Positions 1-12,960 of a DNA stretch of 64,000 nt are shown one piece after another. The notes under the pieces were generated by a model. That model was not told the origin of the DNA and ran no database searches. It saw nothing but the letters and a program-made list of their open reading frames with translations. Position numbers and translations under genes: made by a program. Every line of letters starts with the position of its first letter. Within the stretch, counting starts at the first letter, position 1. Origin of the DNA: Podarcis melisellensis (taxonomy: Eukaryota); assembly GCA_964234715.1 (NCBI GenBank), contig OZ174280.1; one strand, given 5' to 3'.

Positions 1-78
1 TAAAGTTTTACTCCTGTATTGTAGATGAAGGGCTTGCCTAAGACCACCTGGTGTGTTCATGGCTGAGGCAAGGAATCC

Positions 79-1620
79 TCCCTGGATTCAGAAAATCTTA
101 GTAACGACCAGCCAGTTGCCAATCTCCCCTTCTTGGGCAAGGTTCTTGAGATGGAAGAAGGTTTTGGAGGAAACTAGATCCATTTCAATTGGAGTTTAGG
201 CCCAGTTTTGTCACAGAAACTGCTTTGGTCACCCAGTATTATGACCTGTGCCAAGAATGGATTAATTATCTTCAACCTCTCAGTGGCTTTTGAGATCCTC
301 GACCATGGTATCCCTCTGAAACAGCTGTCTGAGTTAGAAGTGGGAGGTACTGCTTTGCTGTGGTTCTGGTCCTACTTGAATGGTCATTTTCAGACGTTGA
401 TGCTTTGGGTGTGCTCTTCAGCCCCATGAAGTCTTCAATGTGGGGTTCCTCAGGGTTCAGTTTTATCCGCTATTCTGTTTAGTATCTACCTCAGGCCTCC
501 TCAAACTTGGCCTTCCAGATGTTTTTGGCCTACAACTCCCATGATCCATAGCTAGCAGGATGATGGGAATCGTAGTCTCAAAACATCTGGAGGGCTGAGT
601 TTGAGCAAGCCTGATCTGCATGAAACCACTGAGTGGGGTTATCTGGAGTTATAGAGTACATTGTCAGCAATATGCTGATGACACACAGCTCTATTTTTCC
701 ATTACATCTGCAGGTGTGGTGGTGGGTGTGCAGCACTGTTGTATTGCCTTGGTAATAGATGAGATCCAACAAACTGAAGCTCAATCCAAACTGAGGTTCT
801 GTTAGTGGGTAGTTCCCTAGACTAGATTAATGGGAGGAGGCCTGCTCTTGGTGGGGATACTTGGTGGGTATGTAGCTTAGGGGTAGTTCTGGGTCATTTG
901 TTGTCGCTTGAGGCTCAGGTGGCCTCAATGATGCAGGGTGCCTTCCATCAGCTTTGGCTTGTGGCCCAGCTGCCCTATTAACTGGACTGGGATAGCCTAA
1001 CCTCTGTTATCTGTGCTCTGGTACCCTCTGTGTAAGATTATTGCAAAACGTTATAGGTAGGGCTGTCTCTGAAGTTGGTTTGGAAACTTCAGCTGGTGCA
1101 AGCATTCAGTTGCCAGGTTGCTCACTGGAACAAGACATTTGAGATATTACACTAATCCTAGCCTGACTGCACTGGCTGCCAATTGGTGCTGGTTTTTACC
1201 CATAAAGCTTTAAATGGCTCAGGACTGCTGTACTTCAAGGACCGCCTCTCTCCATATGAACTGACTCAGACCCTGCAATCATCATCTGACGCCCTTCTTC
1301 ATGTGCCTCCTCCTCAAGAGGTCCAGAAGGTGACAACATGAGAACAGACCTTTTCTTCAGTGGCTCCTGTTTGGGGAATGCTCTTCCCAAGGAAGCTTAC
1401 CTGGTGCCTTCATTACATAGCTTTAGCTGCCAGGCAAAAACATGTCTATTTAGCCAGGCCTTAACATTCTATTTTTGTGGGAAGGGGATTATTGATTTGT
1501 TTTTGTTTTATTATGTATTCTGTGTTCTCATTATTTTTTTTTATGTTTTGAACCGCCCTGTGATCTTCAGATGAAGGACTGTCTACAAAATTAATTAATT
1601 AGTTAGTTAATTAATTAATA
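79..1620 (+). mobile_element. Degenerate L2 LINE, 3' part of RT ORF to 3' end
   Basis: Decayed RT motifs: PVANLPFLGKVLE-like at ~110-150, GVPQGSVL at ~442-465, QQYADDTQLY in ORF 620-805. L2-type 3' end with AT-rich tail near 1550-1620. Many stops and frameshifts. Confidence 0.85.
492..613. mobile_element. hAT-type hairpin MITE inserted in the L2
   Basis: CAGGC...GCCTG termini, inverted arms (ccagatgtttt / aaaacatctgg), imperfect 8-bp TSD atctacct / atctgcat. Confidence 0.75.
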
Positions 1621-2284
1621 ACAGCAACCCCTTGGATCACAGTGCAGCTTCTTAGCCATTACATTACAGCAGGTCATCAGATCAAATCATTCCAATCAGC
1701 CATTTATCTTCCAATACAGAATCAGCAGAGTTTCACGCCTCTGGGTGGTAGGACTGTGTGTCAGATGGAAAAAAACTTGTCTCTATATAACAGCGTTTGT
1801 CAGCCAACTTTTTTGACAATCGTGCCACAGTTCAAGTCCAAAGTATTAGGTAGTGCAGCTGCAGTGTGCAGTGTAGCACATCTGAAGCCTTCTGTGCCTT
1901 TGTGTGGATTTTCTTCTTGCCTACTGAACCAAGGAGCAGGCAGCAGCTGTGCCAGCGGCAGTCAGGAGCCCTGCATGACTCCTGCTCCAGTCTAGTAGTG
2001 CATAAATCCCTGTGGCTTGTGCTATTTATAGTACCCATGCCATGGGATATAAAGCAGCCTTCTCCAACCTGGTGCTCTCCAGATATTTTGGACTGCAACT
2101 CCCATCAACCCCAGCATGATTGCAGAAGGCTGGGATAAATATTCCTCATTTCTATGCATGATGTGTGTCCAAGCAACTGTGTTACAACTGGGGAGTGGGG
2201 AATAGTATGTAAGCACACAAGCTGTTGGGTTGTCGGCTATATTTTTTTGTGTGGCTCTAGCCAGACTCAGTGCTTTTGTTTAAA

Positions 2285-2790
2285 AACAACAAAGAGTCTT
2301 GTGGAAACTTAAAAGACTAACAAATTTAAATACATAAGAAGGCCCCATCTAGTCCAGCATCCTGAATTCACAGTGGCCAACCGTATGCCCACGAGAAGCT
2401 CACAAACAGAACCTGAGCACAACAGCACTCTCCCACTTTGATTCCCAGCAACTGAGACACTTGTTATGGTATAAGCAGAAACTGGTCCATGGACCACCAA
2501 TGGTCCATGAACTTCATTCAGGTTGTCTGCAGTATGCCTGTAAAAATACAATTTGGAATGATACAGAATCTAGCACAGCACTTTACAATTTCTATAGCAT
2601 TAAGTGGTCCACCAAGACTCTCATAAATATCGAAGTGATCCATCGGCAAAAAGGTTTGGGAAGCGCTGGCATAAGCCACGATATTATTATGATGCAATCC
2701 ACTTCATCAGGTGCACGATGAAGTGGACAGTGGCTCACAAATGCTAACACTACTGTATAATAATGGTGTTAGCTTTTTAGATGCTATAAG
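2285..2790. mobile_element. Penelope-like element remnant with inverted terminal (pLTR) pair, interrupted by a CR1 3' fragment and a hAT MITE fragment
   Basis: aaagagtcttgtgg..aaagactaacaaattta matches the copies at 23640 and 48050. Inverted repeat tccacttcatc / gatgaagtgga around gtgcac at ~2698-2727. Confidence 0.65.
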
Positions 2791-4699
2791 GCTAACCGGC
2801 TTTTCTCCCACAGTACTCCATCCTAAAAATCACAGCACTCTTGAGCTGGTGCTACTCAGGCATGCCACAGTTTAATATTGGGATGTCTTGGTCAGGTAAT
2901 ACAGATGCTTTCTCCCTAATTTATTTCCTGCCATGGCCAGCTAGAGCGGTTCTAATTGTGAAATATTGAAGAAGAGCAGGTCGATTTGTTTGCAGTCCTA
3001 CAGTCAAATGAGCCATCTAAGAGGAGCAGAGACAAAAAGAAGTTGTGAGCACCCTTTTGAAAGGCCAGGGTTTTCTAACAATGGGGTCACCCACATTGCA
3101 CCCTTGAGTGCGATGGCATCTTTGAGGTTTTCCCCTGGTGCCCACAAAACCTCAGAGCACACACATACCCCATTCACTGCTCCCTTTGTCATGAGGCAGT
3201 AAGGATGTTTACTTTTTTGACCCTGTAAGGTACATAGAACTAAGAGAGGAAGTTGGAAGAGTGGCACTCTTTCCCATTTCCTTTTTCAACTCTGTGGGTT
3301 TTCCAAAGCTCAGGTTAATTCTCCTGAATCTGACTTTTACTCAGGGCTCTTAGAAAAGCAAAATGTATGCCTGTGTGCTTTCTCCCTTTCTGTCTCAGGG
3401 CAGGGTGAAGCAACTGATCAGGGGAAGTGGGGAGATGTGTAGCACCCATGGCACTTGCTGAGAAATCCAAATGTGCCCATGGTGACCAATTAAAGTGTTT
3501 GTCAACTGGAAGTCTTTAGTCCAGGGCTGCTGTTGTTGTTTGTGTGTTATTTCTCTGGATTCCCTGAATTGAAATGTGCCTTCTGGGTCATTAAAGTTTC
3601 ATGATGCTTTCACCAGCTTACTTGTTTAATTTCCAAATGTTTGACACTTAAGAGAGTTTAGAGGAAGAATCAGCTTTCTTCACTAGGGTCATATTAAAGA
3701 GGGGACACAAGCCAGCAAAGATATGGCTAGTTTGGAAGCTCTTCAGAAAAACCAATCATTTATTTTCATTCCATACATTGATGTTTGTGTGAATAATCTG
3801 AACATTCCTGGCATTCCCCCCTCCCTTATAATGAGTGGGTTTATTAATTTATTGTATTCTTTATTTAAACCATTTATATCCCACCTTTCTGCAAAAGTTT
3901 CAAATGCAATGAGCAAACATTCACAATTTAACAATAAACATTAGATTAAAGCAGAGTGGCTTTAATCCTGCAGGATCTATTTTGGTTTTTCCCCTCCTGG
4001 AACCCAGATACCTAGGGCAAAACGTAGGCTTAGGAGCAAATGCGCACTTATAATTGTGAAACGAGGCATCTGAGTGTATCTCAGCTCAATAATTTGATTT
4101 TTCAGTACCAGAACTGAGCTTACTATCCTGTTACACAAAACATCCATTCCTGCTTTTCTTCCAAGCTTTCCTTGCTTTCTTTCAGCAATCAATTTTGGGT
4201 AGATGTTGCAATTCTGAAACAATTGGAAGTCAAAAATTATTCCACTTGTTTAACAATTCTATGAGTAGATCCTGATCTATCTTCTGCCTACTGTTGGATT
4301 GAAGCAATAAAGGCTGTGTGTATGTAACACTAGTAAAAGCACTTATAAAGCTGAGAAATCACAAAAATTAACATCTCAGAATAATGCTTTCATCTGGTAT
4401 CTAAAAGCTATTAAAATAGGCAGTAGCTTAGTGTAAGTGAGAACAGTATTCTACAGCCAGGAGGCCATCACTAAAAATACCCTGCCTCCAGTCACTCTAG
4501 ACCATGTATCTGAAAGGGGCAGGACCCTAAATAAGATCTCTGCTGTAGCTCTTAAAGAGCCAGTAGGCTCATATGGGAGCAAGAAGTCATCCAGATACAG
4601 AGGCATACCTAGGGTCCCTTGCACCCTTGGCAAGGAGCTGTATGGAGGGGGAGGGCTCACCAGAAAAAAATCTGATAAGCAGGTGAGGTTGTCTGGACA

Positions 4700-5450
4700 G
4701 GAGGATCACACCTTGTGGGGCACCCACAGAGCTCTCTGCCTGGAAGCCACTTTGAATATCCCTTTCCATCCTGCTGATTCCTTCTGCAGGCAAAGCAGAT
4801 AACTGGAGTGCTTAGCCAGGGGGGCTCCAGGTATTGTGGGAGGCCTGCTCCCTTGGCAGGGGCTGCTTTCACCAGTGCCACTGTTCAGATACCAAGGTAT
4901 AACAGAGCTTTAAATGTCAAGACCAGCAGCTTGTATTGTGCCTAGAAATAAACTGGTAGCTGGTAGAGATATTTCGCTACCAGCAATATGTGCCTCAATG
5001 TAATTTGGCCTGTTCTAGCCAGTGATCGGGGGGCGCGGGTGGCGCTGTGGGTTAAACCACAGAGCCTAGGACTTGCCGATCATAAGGTCAGTGGTTCAAA
5101 TCCCTGTGACGGGGTAAGCTCCCATTGTTCGGCCCCTGCTCCTGCCAACCTAGCAGTTCAAAAGCATGTCAAAGTGCAAGTAGATAAACAGGTACCGCTC
5201 CGGCGGGAAGGTAAACGGCGTTTCCATGCGCTGTTCTGGTTCACCAGAAGCGGCTTTGTCATGCTGGCCACATGACCCGAAAGCTGTACGCCGGCTCCCT
5301 TGGCCAGTAAAGCGAGATGAGCGCCGCAACCCCAGAGTAGGTTATGACTGGACCTAACAGTCAGGGGTCCCTTTACCTTAGCCAGTAATCTGGCTGCCAT
5401 ATTCTGAACTATCTGAAGCCAATACAGTTCACACAGATTTTCGTTTACCA
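4700..5450 (-). mobile_element. Old L2 fragment, split by a Sauria SINE
   Basis: Minus-strand ORF 5158-5451 begins with L2-like LQIVQNMAARLL. Similar to the L2 at 58710-59300. Confidence 0.6.
5031..5378 (+). mobile_element. Sauria SINE (POM/Squam1-type)
   Basis: tRNA-like head (gtggcgctgtgg A box, ggttcaaatcc B box), conserved body, tttacct tail. Imperfect TSD tagccagtgatc / tagccagtaatc. Confidence 0.9.
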
Positions 5451-7381
5451 AGTGGTTAACATATCCCAGTGTGCACAGCTACAAGGTAAGTCAGTTATCC
5501 ATAGTGCCCTGTCAAATGGTGAGGAGAATCTTGTCACACCTCCACCTTACCAGAAACCAAGCCCATACAGACAAGCATTTTGCCACACCTGATGTCTTGG
5601 GAAATCACCACATAACTTTGCAGTATGATACAGACAATGAATCTATCATAGGATGATAAAGTTTCCCGTGCAACTGTTTGGCAGCTTGTGTCTGCTCGCT
5701 CATCCAGAAAAGCCGCAAAATGTTAGGAGTCAACTCCCTGCTTAAGAGAGCGACACAAGTTACTGGCTTACCAAGTAGTTACACATGCACCATGCAACTT
5801 CCCACTTAGGAAATGGTTTTCTGTGATGACCCCAAGTTTTCTTCCCTAATTTATACAGCATATGTTATTAATCACATTTTATTGCATTTATTAATGGGTC
5901 TAAAGGCTGGTAACAATTAATAAAGCTTCAAAAATATTTTTTTCCAGCTAATCCAAAACATCAGCATTTAGAGTCTTTGGTAACAAATCATTCTGTAATT
6001 GACACATCTGCCTTGTTTTTCTGTCAGTTGTTGAGGGCATTCCTTGCTGTAATGGAAGTATTTTCTGTCATTAGTTTCTGAACACTAAATGGACTAATCA
6101 AGCCAAGAAACACATTCTCCCCATCAAACTTCTGTTAGTGGATATTATCCAGGGGAAGGATCCAGCTACTTAAACACCCTCCTGGCTATACTTACTGCAT
6201 CCTGTGCTTCAGGGGCTCACAATTTAGCTGTTCCAACTGTGGAACTGAAGGATTTGAAGCGAAGGGAGGGGACCTCCACAATATCAAAGTCCCAAGGAGG
6301 GAGGAGACTGAAATAGAGAGAAAAGGAGGGGAATCTTCAAGCAAAGCAAAGGTTTAGGTTATTCAGAGGCCACAAGCATCCAGTTCAGAGGAGAGCAGTG
6401 CACTTCTCTTCCTACCTTGGGCTGTGCTAAATGTTGCCACGCAGTCACAGTGAGGTGACTTTTGCTTCTACCTGCATATGAAGGTGTATATGAGTGGGCA
6501 GTTGTCAGTCATGTCAAAGGAAGGAAGGGGGTATAGCAATGACTAGTGATGTGTATGGGCTGTATGGGTAGGTGGTGTCTTGGGCTTTTGGTCAGCTACT
6601 AGGTGAATCCTAGTTTCACCATGTGGCTGAAGGTGCTGACACATTCAGAGTTCTTTTATAACTCCTCAATCTTTCTTTCAGCTGCTACTGTCCAGGTTCA
6701 CTTTGCTTTACCTTCATGTCTCTTCCCCACCATCATGGAAAGTGTGGCACAATGTGTAGCACATACCCACAAGAACAAGTTGCTGTCAGGGGTATCTGGT
6801 TGGACACTGTGAGATTGGGCTGCTATGCTAGATGGGCCATTGGCCTGATCCAGCAGGCTATTCTTATGGGAAGATGTTAAGAAGATGTTCTTAACTGGGA
6901 AGATGTTAGGTCCAATCCTGACTGAATGCATATAGGTGTATGTGTGAATGCCTTTTGGTCCAGACCCCCTCCACATATGCATTCGGCATAAATTCAGAAA
7001 GATTCTGTACACCAGGCCTGGCCCACCCATGAGATGAGGCTAAGCAGTATGGTAGGGGCAGCACTTCCTGTCTCATCTCAAGCGGTAAACAGGACGTGCT
7101 GTGCACATACAGACTGCGCATGCATAGGCTATGCGCACATGGTCTGTGGTCATTTTGCAAGTGCGTAGGTTCTTCAGATGTCATACTCACTGTGCATCAG
7201 GAGGTGGCTCAGCTTGTGACTGAAGCAGGTTTGCTGCTCTTCTCCCTGTATAAGTGCATTCAAGCTAACAGTGGGTGTAATGTCTGGGCAGTCCTCCAAA
7301 CTCCTTTGATTCTCTTGGAATAGGGTGGGAGTCAGGTTTCAAGCAGCCATTTAAATAACATTTGGAAGCAAACTAATAATA

Positions 7382-7607
7382 CAGTGGTACCTCACGTTAA
7401 GAACTTAATTCATTCTAGAGGTCCATTCTTAACCTGAAACTGTTCTTAACCTGAGGTACCATTTTAGCTAATGGGGCCTCCTGCTGCCGCCATGCCGCCA
7501 CCGCACAATTTCTGTTCTCATCCTGAAGCAAAGTTCTTAACCCGAGGCACTATTTCTGGGTTTGCGGAGTCTGTAACCTGAAGCGTCTGTAACCCGAGGT
7601 ACCACTG
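7382..7607. mobile_element. Tc1/mariner (Tigger-like) MITE
   Basis: TIR CAGTGGTACCTC...GAGGTACCACTG with TA duplication on both sides. Second copy in opposite orientation at 38602-38843. Confidence 0.9.
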
Positions 7608-7779
7608 TAATGATTGCTGGTCACATGAGAGGTATCTTTTCCTCAACAAATTTTGTCATTAAATGAATACTGTTGTTTATTGCTGAGGCTATGGAGGCCT
7701 GGGTGTGGTCAGTGCCTGGGTGGCTGGCTGCCTGAGACTCATATGTATACTGCATTGGGTTCTGTGATAGAGTTAATTA

Positions 7780-7930
7780 ATACTAGTTGCTGGAAACCAC
7801 AGTTGCAGGAAAGCACATAATAAAAGTGCTGTTGTGCTCAGGTCTTGCTTGTGGGCTTCTCATAGGCATCTGGTTGGCCACTGTAGGAACAGGTTCCTAG
7901 ACTTAGTAGGCTCTTCTTATGGTCTTATAG
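7780..7930 (+). mobile_element. CR1-type LINE 3' end fragment
   Basis: ggcatctggttggccactg...ctcttcttatggtcttat tail, reverse complement of the CR1 ends at 2332, 19527 and 59752. Confidence 0.65.
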
Positions 7931-8559
7931 ATAGAAGAAAGGTGGGGTATAAATGTTAGAAAATTAATGTACACTAACAATGTCTTCCTGGTGCATTTCA
8001 GGCATTGTTATTGTAAAGGACATTGCACTAACCTGACCGTCTGTGTGAAGAGGTCAGCTCTCTTAGATGGTATCAGTGTTATTCACTGGGCATTTACATG
8101 GCACTCATGAGACCTATGGAGTCTAGAGATGCACAGAACTCTTTTTCATTCCGTTGGTGCAAATTCTTCCAGCCAAGGCTAATCTGACACCTGTAATATC
8201 ATACTTACCATTGTTGTCTTCATCACATGCCAACTGAATCCATGCAACTGGGTGAGCCTACGCAGAAATCTAACTTCCCAAGGAGTGGAGTTAAGGGAAA
8301 CAATGCCATTTAGCAGTCAGCGTAACCCAGACACAATTGCTCGTATGCACTGCCTTGATGATTATTAATTAAAGTTAATTATAGCACAGCTATATTTGAG
8401 CTGCTGTAGCATGCATAGACAAAGGCAGAATTACAAACAATAGGCTTGTTCCTCCACTGTCTCAGTGGGGCATTTCAAATTAAGAAAGCTCCAAGGTGAG
8501 TAGAAGGATGGAGCCTGAGGCTCTCCCTCTTTAGAAGGTAGCTGAGTTCTGCCAACAGC

Positions 8560-9110
8560 ATCCGCATGGGATGCTGTTGCTGACAGGATGCTGGAGGGCA
8601 TTGGCAACATCTTCTAACTGTACTGGCAATTGATGCTGGTGGCCTTGTTGATGGATGCCAGCAGTATCAGTGATGGATATGGGTGGCACAAGAGATAGAT
8701 GCTAATGGCCGTGTTGATGGATGTTGGTGACATGTGTTGCTGGCACTGATAAAAGATGCTGCAGTATTAGTGAGTACTGGTATTGAGGGAAGATGGGGAA
8801 AGAACAGTGATAGATGGCCATAGCTCTGCTAATGGAAGTGGGTAATGTTAATGATGAATGCCAGTGCTGTTGATAAACAATGTTGGTAGCCTTGGTGAGG
8901 GTCAATGGTTGTGTTGCTAATAGATGGTGAGTAACAGCATTACTGATGAGTGCCAGAACTGTGGCTGATGGATGCTGGTAGTATGAATGAAAGTACCCAT
9001 GAATACTTAATGGCAACATTGACAAATCTGAGGAGTAATGTTAAAGGATGCTGATAGCATTGGCCAAGGATACATTCTGACATGATTAGCAATGGATGTT
9101 GGGATGCTGT
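8560..9110. repeat. Degenerate 22-bp minisatellite (GAT-led units)
   Basis: Units start at 8632, 8654, 8676, 8698 and 8720 (e.g. gatgctggtggccttgttgatg, gatgctaatggccgtgttgatg) and decay on both sides. Confidence 0.7.
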
Positions 9111-9824
9111 TCTAAAAAGCTGGGAACTTTAGAAGGAGCAAGTGATGCTTTTGCAGACTGTGACTAGGAGCACTAGTGATCAATGTCAAGGATTAATATT
9201 CTTCCATTCCTATAACAAAAGACCATTATCTTTGCATCTGCAGTGAGTCACCTTTTGGCTAACTTCACACATTACAGTTTGCTACACAGAGGAAATGTCT
9301 ACATAGGTTTTCAGTATTGGGTGAAGCCAGGCCCAAGTATATTTCACTACATAAAAACTGCTGAACTGTTGGGGAAAATGTGCACTAGACTTCACAAATT
9401 GATAAGGGAACAGAGGACCACTTGACTGTGTGGGGTTGGGGGGAAGGGGAGAGCAAAAGGTGGGAAATACCGGTAAATCTTCTAAAATAATACAGTAAAT
9501 AAATCATAAACTGGAGCCAAAGTGATGCCAAAAACAAAGAGAAAGCTGTAACCAGGAGCAGAGCAAAGTTCAGAAAGAAGCTGGAAAAAGAAGTAACATT
9601 ATACATTAAAATCAATAGAACAACTTCTCAGGCACTTGCTGTTTTCTGTTTATTCCTTATGTAATCCAAGGGAGTCAATGGGGAAGGAAGACACTACAGA
9701 CTAGACTCTCCTATTGCAGCATCTGAGCATATGGATGTATGCCAATACATTCAAGCCAAATCTTGATAAGACAGAGGTATTATGTGTTCTGAATTGTTGG
9801 ATTCAAGAGATGGGGAGATGACCT

Positions 9825-9995
9825 GCTCTGGGCAGGCTTGCTATGCCCTGGAAGAAGCAGGTTCAAAGCTTAGGGGATACTTCTGGATCCAACATTGTCA
9901 CTGGAGGCTCAGGTGACCTCAATGACTCAGTAGCCCTTTTAGACAGAGATGACTTGGCTACTGTACTCCATGCTCTGGTAACTTCAGCTTTGGAT
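9825..9995 (+). mobile_element. Old L2 internal fragment
   Basis: Similar to L2 segment ~840-1040 (ggaggctcaggtgacctcaatg; tgctctggtaac). Confidence 0.55.
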
Positions 9996-11211
9996 CCACA
10001 AAATGGGGGAGTCAAGAAGTAGAATTCCAAATCCCCACCAACTGCTGTGACGGGTTGCCAATCCCTCCCCCAATGTATTAGCATTAAAGCTTTTGTTTCT
10101 GGATACCTCTTTGTTCTCAGTGTCCAATAAAATCAACGAGCATGATATTTATTTAATATATTACCTATACGACTTTTCAGGCAAACCTCACAAAGATTAT
10201 TAAACCAATATAAGGAAGTAGCAAAAACAAGCTGCAAAGAAGGGGAACTTTTGGAAAGCCAGATCTCTCCTCTTGTCAGGGCAAGATGGCTCTGGAGTAC
10301 GAGCTCAATGGCAGCAGCTTTGGGTGGGAGGGAGGGAGGGAGGACATCTCAGCTGGAAGATGAGGAACTTACATGGTGGGCATCCCACCAGGTTGATCCA
10401 CCTTCTCTCTCTTCCCCCCTGAGGACAAGATTTAGGTTGGTCAGATAACAGATAAGAGAACATGGGCAGAAAGTTCTTCGTAAGCTGAAGTGCAGTGACT
10501 TAGCAGAAAGAATACAGCTGATGTCAGCAGGACATTGTTTTCCCTTAAGGAATAATGTGCATAGAACTAGACAGCAAATAAGTTTGCATATAAGCAAAAA
10601 TTCAAAGCCCTGCAACTTGGAGTTCAGCACAATAATTAAGCCCTGCAACAAACTTTCTCCAAAGAATTCTGCAGTGTCCCTAAGAAGAAGAAAAAAGGGG
10701 GGGAGCTTCAATCCTTCTGTGACTTGTGCAAATTTGCTAAGAAACAAAGAAGTCAACAAGGTGCCCTCCAGATCTGGTGTACTACAGCCCCTATCCTATC
10801 ATCCCTAACTATTGGCTAAATTTGTGAGGGCTGGTGGGAGTTTTAGTCAGCAACATCTGGAGAACGCCTTGTTGGATAGCTCAGTTTTCCTGTTGGACCA
10901 CAGTTTTCCATCAACACATAAAACTTCCTCCTCCCTCTCTCCCTCTCTCACCCCCCCCCCCCATTATCAGGCGAAAAAGAGAATAAGATAATTTAAACCC
11001 TTTTTTCATCTTGAAATTCTAGATCTTCATGAGGACCAAGCCTGGAATTCAGAGGGACAGAAATGACTCAGCCCTGAGCTACAGGGAGGCATGAGAGATA
11101 CAGCATGGCCCAGGTCTGCATTTTCAGCTGTTCTTTCTGCAACTGCACAGTTGTGACCGAGGAGTGTAGCTCAGTGGTAGAGAACACAATTTGGATGCAG
11201 AAGGTTCCAAG

Positions 11212-11435
11212 TAGGGATGAGTTGATCGGTTAATGTTGGTTCTCTCTATTTCTTCTTCTTTAGTCTAAAGTCCAGTTCTCATTCCTGCAGCAATTTGTAA
11301 TTGAAAAAAATAGCCTCATGAAAATTCATTAGCATTTTAGCACAAATTTATCCTAGTGTAGACCTTTTTGTATGCAATTTTTGCAAGAGATCTCCTCTAA
11401 TATGACACATCTTTGTATGTTTTTCTTACAAATTT

Positions 11436-11471
<36 letters not shown>

Positions 11472-11639
11472 ACCCTACTATTTACTGGACAGGGGGGTTT
11501 CACCCATAACTTGGGTGAAAATTTGGGTGCAAATTTTGAAGGGTGCCTGTGTCTCGATTTGTGCATTCTTTTGAAAAGTCCGGATTTGGTAGGTTTGCCT
11601 TTAAATGCAAACTTTTGCCAAATTTCTACCTTATCCCTA
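11212..11639. mobile_element. Non-autonomous DNA transposon (hAT-like) inserted into a tRNA-derived SINE head (11161-11211)
   Basis: TAGGGAT...ATCCCTA termini, imperfect 8-bp TSD gttccaag / gttccaca. Related copy in opposite orientation at ~28105-28530. Confidence 0.65.
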
Positions 11640-12328
11640 GTTCCACATTATTGAATAACTGGCATTTCCAGATATGTGGACAAAAAAATACAAGTGATGC
11701 TTAAGATCTCTATCTGGGGCCCTGAAGTTCTTGTCAGCTGCTGGGCTAGCTGGACAAATATTCTGTGTGAAATTAGGACAAAGGTGAGGAGTGGGTGTTG
11801 TGCTAATGGTGCACATTTGTTCTCTGTTCTCATGGTACAAAGGAAAGCAGGCCAAGGAACAACTGAAGAAGATACCATGTTAAATTTGGGCTAAAGCTGA
11901 TCTTCAAAGGACAGGATAACAGCCTTCACTGTAGCCTACAATCCATGTAAATTGCAAGAGGGGGGAGTGAGAATGATAAAATAGTATGAAAATTACTATA
12001 GCAACATCTCGTCTATAGCTGACCTAGTTTGGGACAAAGGAAGGGTCCCCTAATACCTAAATGCATTGTAGACTGAAATCTTTCATAGCTGTCCAGAGGC
12101 AATTTTTTGCTTTGTTTACAGTGATTTAGTTTGATTAGCTAGGGAGGGAAGAAAATGCTTTCCAGGTTTTGTCACCCGGAGCTTTATCCTCAGAGGGGCT
12201 TTCACGATACTGTGATGGGTTAATCTCAGTAGCAAGCAGATCTATCACAGGTCTTTGGAAAAGCAAACTCCTGCCCTGTGTTATGCTAAGCTGATATAGT
12301 TTTCCACTGTTCTTGTGGATGGCTTATT

Positions 12329-12476
12329 NNNNNNNNNNNNNNNNNNNNNNNNNNNNNNNNNNNNNNNNNNNNNNNNNNNNNNNNNNNNNNNNNNNNNNNN
12401 NNNNNNNNNNNNNNNNNNNNNNNNNNNNNNNNNNNNNNNNNNNNNNNNNNNNNNNNNNNNNNNNNNNNNNNNNNNN
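12329..12476. other. Assembly gap (148 N)
   Basis: Run of n characters. Confidence 1.
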
Positions 12477-12604
12477 TTTTTCAACCAATGTGTGCCTGTG
12501 GGCTGTCATACACTATAGAGCAGAGATGGGGAATTGTAGCCCATGGAGCTAATTAGATCTGCCAAACCTCCCCACTTGGCTATTTGAGCCAACATATACC
12601 CAGT

Positions 12605-12960
12605 GGGACGCGGGTGGTGCTGTGGGTTAAACCACAGAGCCTAGGACTTGCCAATCAGAAGGTCAGCGGTTCAAATCCCCACGACGGGATGAGCTCCCGT
12701 TGCTCGGTCCCTGCTCCTGCCAACCTAGCAGTTCGAAAGCACTTCAAAGTACAAGTAGATAAATAGGTACCGCTCTGGCGGGAAGGTAAACGGCGTTTCC
12801 ATGTGCTGTTCTGGTTCACCAGAAGGGGCTTAGTCATGCTGGCCACATGACCCAGAAGCCGTACGCCGGCTCCCTTGGCCAGTAAAGCGAGATGAGCGCC
12901 GCAACCCCAGAGTCGGTCACGACTGGACCTAACGGTCAGGGGTCCCTTTACCTTTACCTT
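12605..12960 (+). mobile_element. Sauria SINE, full length
   Basis: gggacgcgggtgg head to (tttacc)n tail; highly similar to the 5031 and 53921 copies; tataccca duplicated in the flanks. Confidence 0.92.

Noticed and set aside
8632-8740. CRISPR-like regular spacing
   Set aside because: Eukaryotic DNA, no conserved repeat with unique spacers and no cas genes; it is a decayed minisatellite
11161-11211. tRNA-Ala gene (also at 43145 and 15958)
   Set aside because: Degenerate SINE heads that cannot form a full cloverleaf and continue into SINE bodies or insertions
12281-12552. ORFs spanning poly-X
   Set aside because: Artefacts of the N gap
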